From Nemertoderma westbladi (Eukaryota > Animalia > Xenacoelomorpha), in contig JAUCBJ010003246.1 of assembly GCA_032718475.1 (NCBI GenBank), positions 1 to 41,488 on the forward strand: a DNA stretch of 41,488 nucleotides. The letters are read 5' to 3'. The notes under the pieces are model-generated. The model searched no databases and had not been told where the DNA came from. It worked only from the letters and a program-made list of their open reading frames with translations. Position 1 is the stretch's first letter; each line of letters begins with the position of its first letter. Below, piece after piece: positions 12,046-24,700 of the stretch. Position numbers and translations under genes: made by a program.

Positions 12046-14563
12046 CTCGTTTCCGGTGAAAAAAATTAATTTCGCACTACCATCTTCAGGCCGTACATTA
12101 ACGACCTTGATTTACGATGTACAGTATTTCCAGTATGCAGGCATGTCAAAACGTCAATTTTAGTTGTTCTAGAAAGTTTTAAGTACGTAACTACAAATAA
12201 TTCCCCATAAATAAATAAAATTAAATTCTCCATTGTTCATAATTAGCACTTTAATGTTTTACTGCCCATGTTTTATTATTTCCCTGCCATCAGGTCTTGA
12301 ACTAATAACACAAGCAGCTGTCGGTCGATTGAGCTACAACTTTGCAATTTCTACCACAAATCTAATGATAGGAAGTAGTCGAAAGATGCAATTTTGATCT
12401 GTTTTCTAGAAATTTTAGTGAGAAAAAATGTTGACTTTTCAGATAAAAATATTTTTTTTCACAGGAATGACTCGCTGAGAAAAAATGGCCCGTATTATCG
12501 TCTGGCCCTAAGGCCTCCTTAAGGTTAATCCGGCACTGCCTGTAAAATTAGAAAGAAAGAAAATCAGAAATAAAATTACCGACCCAGAAAACCCTTGCAA
12601 CAAAGTTTTCTTTGACAGTCAAGTTCGACGCAATCAGACACAGTATACAGCATTGGGGTATCTCATTAGCCCGCCCACACTAAGTTTTATACTTAAACTC
12701 ATCCGCGTCTTCGCTTAACTTCCTGATCCAAAACCCCAACTGGCAGAAGTTATACGCATGCTCAAACAGACAATCCTTCGAGGTTAAACTCATACGATCA
12801 GATATTTCTGTCCAAGTTAACTGTCAAAATAACTAAGACTTCTTGGGGTTATCAAGTAGACCACAAACGAGATACCTACAGTTGGAGATGTGTCCATTGC
12901 ACTACTGGACACAATGGACATTACACAGAGTGCACAACTCAATACACGTGGACAGAATATCTGAAATTTTTCCAACTGTAAAGATTGGGGTTGCTTTATT
13001 TAGTTTCTTTTTATCGAATACGCCATTTTATATAAATGGCAATAGGATAAAGATAAAGGCTATTTTATATAAAAATAATCAAATCAATGTTAGAAACTGT
13101 AATTTACCTTTAAACTGTATGACAATGTATTATGCGATGATACAGTATCTTAAGGGTGTGGTGGGAAATTTAAATACTCTAGGTGTATTATAGTTCATCA
13201 TTGTGCTACTGGCAACCGGTACTGAGCATCTACAATGACTGTCAGCAGTACTGCTGTACTGCGCTAGGTTTATATATCTGCATTGTCATGTTTGTCTAGT
13301 AGGCCTATTATATTATAATGATATTCGATATTATACACTTCGACTTCAACTTCTAACAATCAAATGAGTTCATGTGTGTAACCGAAATGTAAACCGCAAC
13401 AATAAAACAAATTGTTTACGAATGATAATCGATGACACTAGCTAGGCATCAGGCGGATTAATGATGAAAACAATATTATTTCATACTGAAATGATTACCG
13501 CGGTTCAGGACAAAAAACGATATGGAAATTTGCCTGACTGTGAAGCTCAACAAAAGATACTCTAGAAATTTCTATGGCCAGAAATACATCGTGTAATAGT
13601 ACACATAAGACAAGAGATATAAACAAAGATTTTCACTGTATACTGCACCATGGATAAGCAATAAGCAATAAGATTCATGGATGTTATACATTATTAATTT
13701 GTTTAAATTGTATATAAACTGTAATAACATTGGCTTGTCGAAATCACAACACATATTAACGAAATACGTTCACAGTAAACTTGTATTACTTGCAAATAAT
13801 TTAGTTTAAGTAATTTTTTTTATATAAACACAAAATTTTCGTTTCGAAAATTAAATACAAACTTTGATTAAATAAATTACCATTTTAAATATGGTGTATA
13901 TATTACTAAACAAAACGTCTAACACCGAATGGTAATAATTAATTTGTAGTTCTGAATTAAATAATTTTTATTGTTAATAATTACGAGAAGAAATAGATAC
14001 ATTACATATATTCAAATGAAATGGCACCACAACATGTAATTAACATACAATTATTAAAGTTCACCGTATTTAAGTACGTTAATTTGCTACACAAAAATAG
14101 CAAATTATTGCTGTTATAATGATTAAAATAAAATAAATATAATTGAAAAAAATAAACTTTATTTATTCTAGAAAATACTACTGTTAGCAAGTCCACTAAA
14201 GGAATTATTATTGTGGTACATTTTAAATATATTAATTATGTTCTTAGTCTCTTAGAAAATCATCATTTCAGTTTAGAATATTTTTCCTTACAAATATTTC
14301 ATGGGCACTGATCCTCGTAAAGTTGTATTTGATCATTAGGCCTACATTCCAAATACTTAAAGTATAGTCACCAAACAAGATAAATCAATCAACAGGAATA
14401 TATTAAAGCACAACTATTATAAGAAGAGACACCATATACATTAACATTGCAATCACAAACAAAATAAGATTTATACCGATTTGTCTAAATGAATAATAAC
14501 ATATCATTATTAATTATTGTGGTTAATAATTAACTTCCTGAAAAAATGTATATATGCGCCGCG

Positions 14564-15034
14564 CGGAACTAGGACAATTACCCCCCGGACAATTGCCCCT
14601 TGGACAATTTGTTTGACAATGTGTTTTTCAAAATATTAACGATTTTTTTCTATAACAATACACAATTTGATTGACCTTATGCTACCTATAGCATTTTTTT
14701 TGACATAGGCCTAATTTAATGGCTTCGTAATATATGTAATTTAGTTAGCATTTTATTTTATTGTAACGAAATAATTCCATTGGATAATATCGGAATTATT
14801 AAGCACATAAATAAGCAATAAACATGCATTTTTTAAAATATAGAACGTGCTTAGCAAGATATAAAATTATTTTTTAATGTTCTAACAAGTTAGGAACATG
14901 ACTTACTTGCTAGTTAGGAACGACTTTATATATTTAGCAATTTTCCTTGGGGCAATTAATTGTTTGGTGAGTAAGAGTCATTAGGGGCAATTGTCCTCGG
15001 GAGCAATAGTACGGGGGGCAATTGTCCTGTCACG
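14564..15034. mobile_element. MITE with repeated GGACAATTGCCCC subterminal motifs
   Basis: Inverted motif arrays at both ends; candidate 8-bp TSD GCGCCGCG / GCACCGCG. Confidence 0.7.
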
Positions 15035-15499
15035 GCACCGCGCCTGTGGGGTCCATTTATTGTTATTTATATAATATTTTTATAAATTAAGGATATTTTA
15101 AAGGAAAATGTAATGTTTAAATAAAAAACAAAATACTGTAGCATTGTGCAATAGCTGGCGTCTACGTAACTTTAACATTTTTCACTACAACTATAACTAC
15201 CATTGCATAGGACAAAGCTGGAGACAGTATTATTATCGCATCAATATTTTACACCTAGGCTCACAATAATTATGGGGAATTTATGTAAATACCAGATGGA
15301 GTTTACTTAAATGCTATTATAGTTGACATCGCTTGTATTAATTGTACTAAATTCGCATAACGTGTCTGCATATAGAAATAATGAATGGAGTTTGTATGTA
15401 AGTATGTAAGCGTAAGGGACTCCGTATTAAGTAGTTTAGGTAATTCCAGCTTTATTGAACATTGCACCATCATCCACGAAATTATATACTTGTCAGCTA

Positions 15500-15751
15500 T
15501 CATGCGACAGACTCAATATTCGTTGAACTATTGTCGTCACACCCCGACATTAATGGGTTCTGTTCGGGTTTAGTTACAACACTGAAACGAGAGAGTTTGC
15601 TATGGAGTTTGGATAGCGGGTTGTTTATTACACTGGCCCTCCCGTGATGGTGGTAACCTCTTGAGTTCGGATGCAGTTCAGGTATTTGTTGCTCGGGAGG
15701 TGGAGTGTTCATCTCCCCTAGGAGCCAATAAGTAGTGAGTTTACCTTTGCC
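15500..15751 (-). CDS. rGC last coding exon with C-terminal tail
   Basis: [13 protein letters not shown]...TNIESVA-TGA; cag acceptor. Confidence 0.9.
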   Translation of the reverse strand, partial: GKGKLTTYWLLGEMNTPPPEQQIPELHPNSRGYHHHGRASVINNPLSKLHSKLSRFSVVTKPEQNPLMSGCDDNSSTNIESVA

Positions 15752-18700
15752 CTGCACAGAAACAAAAAAACATATAAACAGGCGGTACCGGTACTGTTAT
15801 TTTAATCGAACTATACAATCATAATTATTTCCTTTCACGAATAATAATTATCACCTTAATAATGTGTTTTAGTACTGTATGTAATCTTAGTAACCTACCT
15901 GTACTGGACCAGTATGAATCCACATACATCATGCACGCAACGGCTGGTATCAAACCACAGCATGCACGCAACGGCTGGCATAGAACCACAGCATGCACGC
16001 AACGGCTGGCATAGAACCACAGCCTGCACGCAACGGCTGGCATAGAACCACAGCATGCACGCAACGGCTGGCATGGAACCACAGCATGCAAGCAACGGCT
16101 GGCATAGAACCACAGCATGCACACAACGGCTGGCATAGAACCACAGCATGCACGCAACGGCTGGCATAGAACCACAGCATGCACGCAACGGCTGGCATAG
16201 AACCACAGCATGCACGCATCGGCTGGCATAGAATCACAGCATGCACGCAACGGCTGGCATAGAACCACAGCATGCACGCAACGGCTGGCATAGAACCACA
16301 GCATGCACGCAACGGCTGGCATAGAACCACAGCATGCACGCAACGGCTGGCATAGAACCACAGCAAGCACGCAACGGCTGGCATAGAACCACAGCATGCA
16401 CGCAACGGCTGGCATAGAACCACAGCATGCACGCATCGGCTGGCATAGAACCACAGTATGCACGCAACGGCTGGCATAGAACCACAGCATGCACGCAACG
16501 GATGGCATAGAACCACAGCAAGCACGCAACGGCTGGCATAGAACCACAGCATGCACGCATCGGCTGGCATAGAACCACAGCATGCACGCAACGGCTTGCA
16601 TAGAACCACAGCATGCACGCAACGGCTGGCATAGAACCACAGCATGCACGCAACGGCTGATCTGTTTCAGTATAATTTTATAATAATTTATTACCTTCAT
16701 TTCAACTTGACCTCGCAACTCCACTATGAAAGTTCTAAATGTGTCGAGAATTTCTTTGGTTTGTTGGGAGATATGTATCTTAAATGGTTCGCCATTTGAT
16801 TCCATACGGGAGGCCGTATTCACAGTGTCACCGAAGAGACAATATCTATGAAGTAAATTATATATTAATAATAATGAATTTATTTCAAAAATGCAACATT
16901 ACAAAACAAGTGCCGACAGTAGAGTAAAGCTTTATTGTAAATAATTATAAATTTGAGAAGTGAAGTTATAATATTCATTATATGTTATTATCGTTACTAA
17001 AAACAATAAATAAATAAAAATTTAATAAATAAAAACAAATTCAAAAATTTAAAGAATGCTTTTCTCTGAAAATCTCAAGAACTTCAAGGTACGTTAACCT
17101 TCATTTTCCGCCCACATAGTGTGATACGGCCACGAAGATCTGAACACCGTAATGTTCTTTGTTTCAAATCCGAGCATCTTATGTCCAACAAACCTTGGCA
17201 TTTTATGTCCAACAACCCCGGCCACGGCCGATCCGCTATGTAAGCCGATGCGCAAGGAGAGTTGACGCTCTGGTATGTGTCGGATTTTGAATGATTTTAC
17301 GCCGGAGAGAAGCGCCAAGGCCATCCTGCCGACTTCCCTTGCGTGCATGTCACCGTTACGAATCGGCAGACCAGAAACCACCATGTAGGCATCACCTATA
17401 GTTTCCACCTGTATCAGAGACATAATAATAAAACTAACTGCTACATACATGCAATTGTTTTCATTGACCAAAGAGTAAAATATACATCTGAACATACAGT
17501 ATTCGAATTGTAGGAACCTAACACTTGTACCTAGAAACGTATTGTCGGTATTCTAACAAGAAGGTCGTGAGTTCGAGTCCAGGAAAAGGAACAGCCTTGT
17601 AGTTTCTTTAAGCCATTTTTTCTGAGGATCTTCCTTTAGTCCACCCAGCTGTAATGAATCTGATGGCATTTACTGGGCGAGAAAATAAAGGGTTGATTCG
17701 GCGCTGGCTCTGTAGTGCCAGTTCCACATCCCTATACAAGCTACAGTATGTCCTATGAACGGTACTGGCTTCTCACCCGTAACTCAAAGTTTTCATAAAT
17801 ATCTCATTAATAAATAACATACATGACGTTGGGGGAATATTTCACGACTAATTAGTTGTGTAAATATTGTTATTTAAACAAATTTTATTATACGAATATT
17901 TATTCAGCGTTTCAAAATTGTTTGATTTTGGCTATAATTTGGAATATAGGTACCTAAGATGCTATTCTACATGACAGGTGGGAAAAATTTGAGAAAAATA
18001 GAGACAGGTAAAAAAAACCTGGTTGCGCTTAAAACCCTAAGGCTTTTACAGTTTTGCATCTAATCACATGAAAGTTTTTTTATATGATAGATCAAAGATG
18101 GGGCAACATAACTATCAGGCGAAATTTTGTGAAAATAATTCTGCACCGCTAGGTGGCCCTGCAAATTTACTCTAAATTTTTAGGTTTGTTATAAATAGTA
18201 TTAAATTTTATTAACAAAAAATTTCAAAAAGTTGTCTGATATTTTATGCAGGATGGCTATGTAGACACCCACAGAAATTTTCAGACTAATTGCTCAAAAA
18301 TTGTATAATAAGTAGGGTTTTGAAGTTGACAATTTCATTAAAAATATTTGGAGATAATCGACCTTTCATTATATATAGTAATAGTAATTTCAATAAGATT
18401 CCCTAAATGGAAATTGTTATAACTTGAAAACTAAAAGAGCTATTAAATAGCGGTTATCAGATTTGGAAACACCATTTAATCGTGCATTATAATAGATCAT
18501 AAAAATAATTTCGACATATTTTTGATCAAAATGGTGTACCCCCAAGCCCCCCCCCCCCCCCCCCTTAATTATTACATATTATTATATTATTGATTAGTAA
18601 TTTATTGTTATTTATTTTAAGAAAAGTGCATTAATGTACTTTTTGCTTTATCTAGGCCTTAATATGTAAAACGCGCAGTAAAAAGTACGAAAAACTCAGT

Positions 18701-21700
18701 GAAATAAAATAAATTAAATGGTGGCAACGACTTAATAATAATATTATGATTAACGAGGTCAACTAGTACTTACTTCTTTGATTATCGCGGTACTTTAATT
18801 CAGGGTCACGCTGGCGAAGAGATGTGCAATGTATGAATACGGCAGCGCACAACGCTATATTTGTTTTAGCATTTGTAACAGTGCAGTAGTGTCCGGGGGT
18901 GTGCGGACACTTCCCCCCGGGGGGAGGAAGTGTCCGGGGGTGTGCGGACACTTCCCCCCGGGGGGAGGAAGTGTCCGGGGTGTGCGGACACTTCCCCCCG
19001 GGGGGAGGAAGTGTCCGGGGGTGTGCGGACACTTCCCCCCGGGGGGAGGAAGTGTCCGGGGGTGTGCGGACACTTCCCCCCGGGGGGAGGAAGTGTCCTA
19101 GATCCGTGTTCGGGATAGAGACATATGATTTGGTTGTATGCTGTTGTGCAGTTGCTTGTTGGGTATTATTGGTGTAGCATGTCTGACAGTGGTAAGAAAT
19201 ATCACAATAGCGAGCGTATATAACATTCTAACCTTATAACCAAGATACATCAATCTAACATTAAAACCTTATAACCAATATACATCAATCTAACCTTATA
19301 TACATCAAAGTTGGCAATTATAGAATCAAACATTGTGTAGAGATCGTTGAGAAGTGTTACAACTTCCAGAGGTGACGACTCTGAACTCAAAGAAGTGAAC
19401 CCAACTATGTCACTGAAATATATCGTCACTGATTCAAAGGCTTCAGCTTCTACCGATTCGCCCCTCTTCAGCTGCTCTGCCACAGACCTTGATTGGATAA
19501 ATATATGTAATGCTAAGTACTGATAGTCTGATATTAATGATGCCTAAAACAATGACAAAAGGATAATGTACGATTACGGTTCACTGGGCCTAATCAACAC
19601 AATATAAATTAATCCGATTATGTCGACAACTTACCAATATCAACAATATTGCAGATTTGGGTGGTGGTGGTGGTGGTGGTGGGGGGGGGGTTGGTATTGA
19701 CGACTGATCACTACACCACCGCCCCCCCCCCCCCCCCGTCTCTAATATTGAGGAGTACGAAAATTTGATATTCATACACTTACTTTTTCCCATATATCTA
19801 ATGGGACAGGCGTACATATTATTGTAATTATTACCTCGGTAAAATTTGATACAGCAACTCCTCTGCCTTCTTCTTTTCTTCAAAAAATGCGGCGGTTCTT
19901 TCCTCAACTAATACTTCGAGATTATTGGCATATTGTTCCATACGAATGAGTAGATTGTCTAATATATTCTCACTGTCCGTGTCTCTATTAGGAAGAAAAT
20001 AAGAACATAAAATAAGAAATTAAGAAAGAAGAAAATAAGAACTGGTCAATAATAGAAACAAATATTAAAGTAGCTTATGAGACACTGATGTTTCTTAGGT
20101 CTAACTAGCTGGTCGCAGCGGTGGGCGGTAGCCATCGTTTTCGGATTATTTCACTATTTCAACTTTTTGTTTTCAACTTTTTAACTTTTATTCTACAATT
20201 CCAAAAGTTGATTTAACTAAGTCGATGAATTCTTCATATTCATTATGTCGTACAGAATATCTTAAAGGCGGGAGGGAGGCTGCTGTGACGGGTTGTCAAC
20301 TCTGTTGGCCGATTTTATTTTTATAAAGGTAACAAATACATTTTATATTGATTCCGATCTGTTAATTTACTTGCTAACTTTAACATTAAAGGAAATTTGT
20401 TGTATACAGTAGTATTTGGTAAAAAACATACAATTTCTTCTTATTTTATAGAAAAAATTTCGAATTTAAGTTTTTAGTAATATAGTTTTTAGTTTATTGG
20501 CAATTCTTTCTAAGAAATATTTTCCTATATTTTGATTGAAACAAATAAATACCCCACACTTCAGTATATAGTTTAGATACTTTACGAGAAAAAAACTTTA
20601 CTGTATAGAAAACTGTAAACAAGAGTTCAAAACATGATAAAATATGAATATTCACCCGAATGAATTTTCAAAAAGAATATAATATACAATAATTCTGTCA
20701 AAAATTATGTGTTCATAAAATTAGTCATTTAGTTTCAAAATATTATGGCATTGATTACTACAACGGTAGGTAATTAAATTTTTTATTCTCAATATCGATT
20801 GGGTTTGCCGATATTATGATAATTTGATTATTACCACCTTACCAACCTACACCATCAATAATAGGCACATTCAAAATCAAAACCCAGAGAAACTCGTTCC
20901 ACAGTTACAGTAAGAATACAAAGACAAGCATTGTGTCAACATTATACTATGTATATAATTGTTATAAATTATGCCTCTATTCGGGACAACGTGTTGCACC
21001 TGTGGGTAACCACTTAATAATAGCTATATTATATTAGAATTTTACATTGTTATACAATAGTAAAATAAAGTTTACAAGGGGGATATTATTTTAGAATATT
21101 ATTACTCTAAAAGACACCGACGAAATATTATAAAATTAACAGGTTCGGAAACAGGTCGATTGAAAGTCTCGAAAAATGCTATAATTTGGTCTGGGCATTT
21201 TTGATAATATGTATGGCAATATTATAAATAGTATTACTAATTTATTTAGAACTATTCAAGAAAAAGACACCGGCAGAAGAATTTGAAAATATCATTTTTG
21301 GAATCAGGGCGTTGAAGTGTACCAAAAAATTAAATCAGTGCAGTTGCATAGCAGTTGCATTAATCATACTTTGCCGGCTTATCGACATAAATGGGCCGCC
21401 ACAACGCCACCTCACCCACGACTTTCGAGAGATTTTGCCCACCTTCAGGGCCAGTGTCATTTAAGATGAGCCGCAAGACGTCGTGTCCGGTTATTTTCGT
21501 TCAAATTTAACAATTGTTGAGACAGAGAAACCTTACAATGTTGTAATCGGGACTGGGTGAGTGGTCATAAAGGGAGGACTATGAAACATAGGATGTGCAT
21601 ATGAGGTCATGGAAACAATCTACACAAGTCAGGGTTCGTTGAATGGCTTGCGGTTAGTAAAAATATAGAATGACCGAATGGGGGTTAAGTCGATGGATGG

Positions 21701-24700
21701 CCTGGTTGACCTCCGTACTTTAGAAATAGAGACCATCCGATGTCTAAAACTTACTTGTTAAGTTTTTTAAGCGCGGTTTTTAAGTATGAGAAATCTGGGC
21801 GTTGCGAGGGATCCTCCAACCAACATTTAGCCATTATATCCTGAATCTCTACTGGGTAGTTATTCTTGTCCACGGTCGGTCGGAATGAAGGTTTACCCCC
21901 GGAGCGAACCTTCGTTACAATCTCTGTACATAAATAAATAATGTTGAGTTAAAACAATTCGTAAGGCCAATGTTTTTTCCGGTTAATCCAACACGGAAGG
22001 GGTGGGGGATCACGGACTCTAATGGAGACAGAAAACAACTGATTATGATAACAAATTAAAATTTAAGCACTAGCCCCCAAGTCTCGGTTTTTCATACTTG
22101 CGAAGCTACGATGTGATATTTTGTTAAATAAAGACATTTATGTTTATTTCGCAAATTATGTTAGTAAAACGTATTTATTATGGAAAACATTTGACTAGCG
22201 AAAAAACAGTCGAAAAAAACGGAATTAATAATCGTCTAACACAGTCTCTACTCGTTAAGTTATTTAAAAGGATGGACTCACTAATTATTTTGTCAACACA
22301 AAATATTTTGAATTAAATAAATAATTTACCTTGGTAAGTAAGATCCATGTTGATAAGATAGAAAGTTCCTTTTCGCATAATTATTTCCTGTAGAATTATA
22401 CCGAAACTGTAAACGTCGCCCTTCACGTTGTATTTAAGGGTCTTGTCATCCATTCTCAGTATCTCAGGTGCACTAGTTAATCGATCTGTAACACAGGTAA
22501 TAAGATAAAATATAAATTATAGACTATTTCTGTTAGAGTTAGTTGTTGCTAACTGTTGATATAATTATTATATCAATGATGCCGATGACATCAGGCAATC
22601 TGCTGAGGCATCGAATCGATCAACTTTTCGACTTGTCGGAAAAGCCAAACCAACCACCAAAGTTAAGGCAGAATCACCAGCTGATCGCCTTAATGGTTGG
22701 AAGGCCCACATTGAAAAGCTCCCCGATAACTTTGCGAACAAAAAGTGTACTCCCGGATGTATCCATTATTGGTGACACATCCTTTGCCGAAGTCAAGTCT
22801 GCTGCAAAGAACCAATCTTACCATTGGAGTGGATGGTGTTCACCTTGATATTTTTAAAATATAGAATAGACATGCACACTACAAAGAGAGTCCCACAAGA
22901 AATGAAAACAAATAAGTTGGTGCCAGTTCCCAAGAAGGGCTACCTAACGTTCTATGGATCTTTTCTTGGAATCTCGTTGATCTCGATTGCTGAAAAGTTA
23001 TACAATATAACTAACTATATGACATGGCAAGAGTTATCAATGAAGACAGACATCTGGCTGCTAACTTTGATGACTTATTTAAGGCCTTCGATTCAGTTTC
23101 TCGCTAACATATGTTCAGCATACTGAATTATATGGGATTCCGGAGGAACTTGTTGCAGCAATCAGATAAGTATATGATGGTTTTGATGACATGTGTGTCT
23201 ACTGTTGATGTTGACACAAATGTTTTATTTTTATTTATTTACCTTTCATGGTTCTGGCACTAATGACCCATACTACTAAATATACAAAACTACCTACACA
23301 GCACAAACAGAAACATAATGTTATGGGGAGTCCTTCAGGGTGACACACACACCATTATTATTCCTAATTGTGGTTGACTAGTCCTACGCATGTCCTTAGC
23401 CCACAGTAATGTTGATGGGGTGATGGTGACACCCCATGCTGGTGCCAGGAAATCTAGCCAATCACCTAACTGATCTAGACTTTGCTGAAGACCTAGGAGT
23501 ACTCTCAGAATAACTCGAGGGAGCACAACTTCATTACAGACTACTTCCAGTGCTGATGTTTTTGTTAACTACAAGTCCACAGGAAATGTCTGAACGTATT
23601 ATCATAAGCTCTAAGGATGTTGTGCTTGAGCATGTGGATGACTTCTGCAACCTTGGATCAAGAAGTGAGGTAAAAGTCAGTTGAATGGGCTGCGCTGTCC
23701 AGGATTTGGAAGTCACACATTCGGAAAGTTAAGGTTCTACAAGGTAGAGCAGCAGTAGAACCAAAACTCCGTCCTATATGGGAGTCCATGATGGGCTCTA
23801 ACTGCTGAGGATTCCTTGATGTTTTGGTTACTGAAGCGAACGAAATGGCTAAAATTGGATCTTGCAACCGAGGATTACCATTTGTACCTGTGCTGCAATT
23901 AATGCGGATAATTTCTTGTATGTAATGAATGGGAGCCTTCGCGGTCATAAGGGGATAAAATGCAGTGAAGCGGCAGGTCCGTCCTTTATTGCTCAATGTA
24001 ACTCAACACGTAATCGGGGTGTCGGAGAGAACAGAAATCGAATTGGATGTAGTGGTGCATGTCGAAGTCCAGGTCCACAGAATAATTAATAACTTTCTAC
24101 AAACTGCATCACATTGCTTCTAGGACGATTCCACATATTATATTTCATTTGATCTAAGGCTTACGGATATACATTTATTGTACCCATATCAGTATGGGTA
24201 TGTAATCACATTATATTAGGAGAGCAGAAGAATTAATTATAGAGTATAGCTACTATTCGTGCCACAGAACAGGTACAACTATAAAAAGATTGCTGCATTT
24301 TAGCTGCTTCTTATATAACTCTGTAGGGATATGAATTATAAAGAATGTCAGATTGTCAACGACATCTCTACATGAGTTACATCCGACCAAAACACAAGTC
24401 CTCTGGATGCAACGAAAAATGCAATACAGGAAACAGAAAAGATACTACTAGCTTAGTAGTGCGTCGGTTACATAACTATATATAAAAATACAATTTGATA
24501 AGAACGCCGACTGACCGAGTGCCGACGGATTACTTTGAACTTTAATCGCAAAAATTCGAACTAATATAAATCAAATTAAACCAAACCAACAAAATAAATA
24601 AATATAACAAAATAACTTCTGGCACCACTTGGCTGGCTGCTTGGCTGACTCCACGAAATAGCAAACGTGCAATGTATGAGATACTGTATGTCTGTATGTA

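Larger units (their letters stand above)
9533..12538. mobile_element. Non-autonomous hAT-like DNA transposon with nested insertions
   Basis: 14-bp TIR CAGTGCCGGATTAA / TTAATCCGGCACTG; perfect 8-bp TSD CCTGTAAA (9525-9532, 12539-12546); no transposase ORF. Confidence 0.88.

Noticed and set aside
12660-12770. Promoter-like motifs (GC box, ETS, NRF1-like)
   Set aside because: Short motifs with no associated exon or TSS evidence
15825-16694. Cys-rich extension of the cyclase ORF
   Set aside because: Intron read-through across the 31-bp minisatellite; a canonical donor at 16694 joins MK to GKG and restores the conserved motif
17825-18568. TTAA-ending Kolobok-like MITE
   Set aside because: Only one plausible end (CCCCTTAA) was found, with no matching TIR
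18763-19177. Pro/Gly-rich ORFs
   Set aside because: Translations of the 41-bp GC-rich repeat
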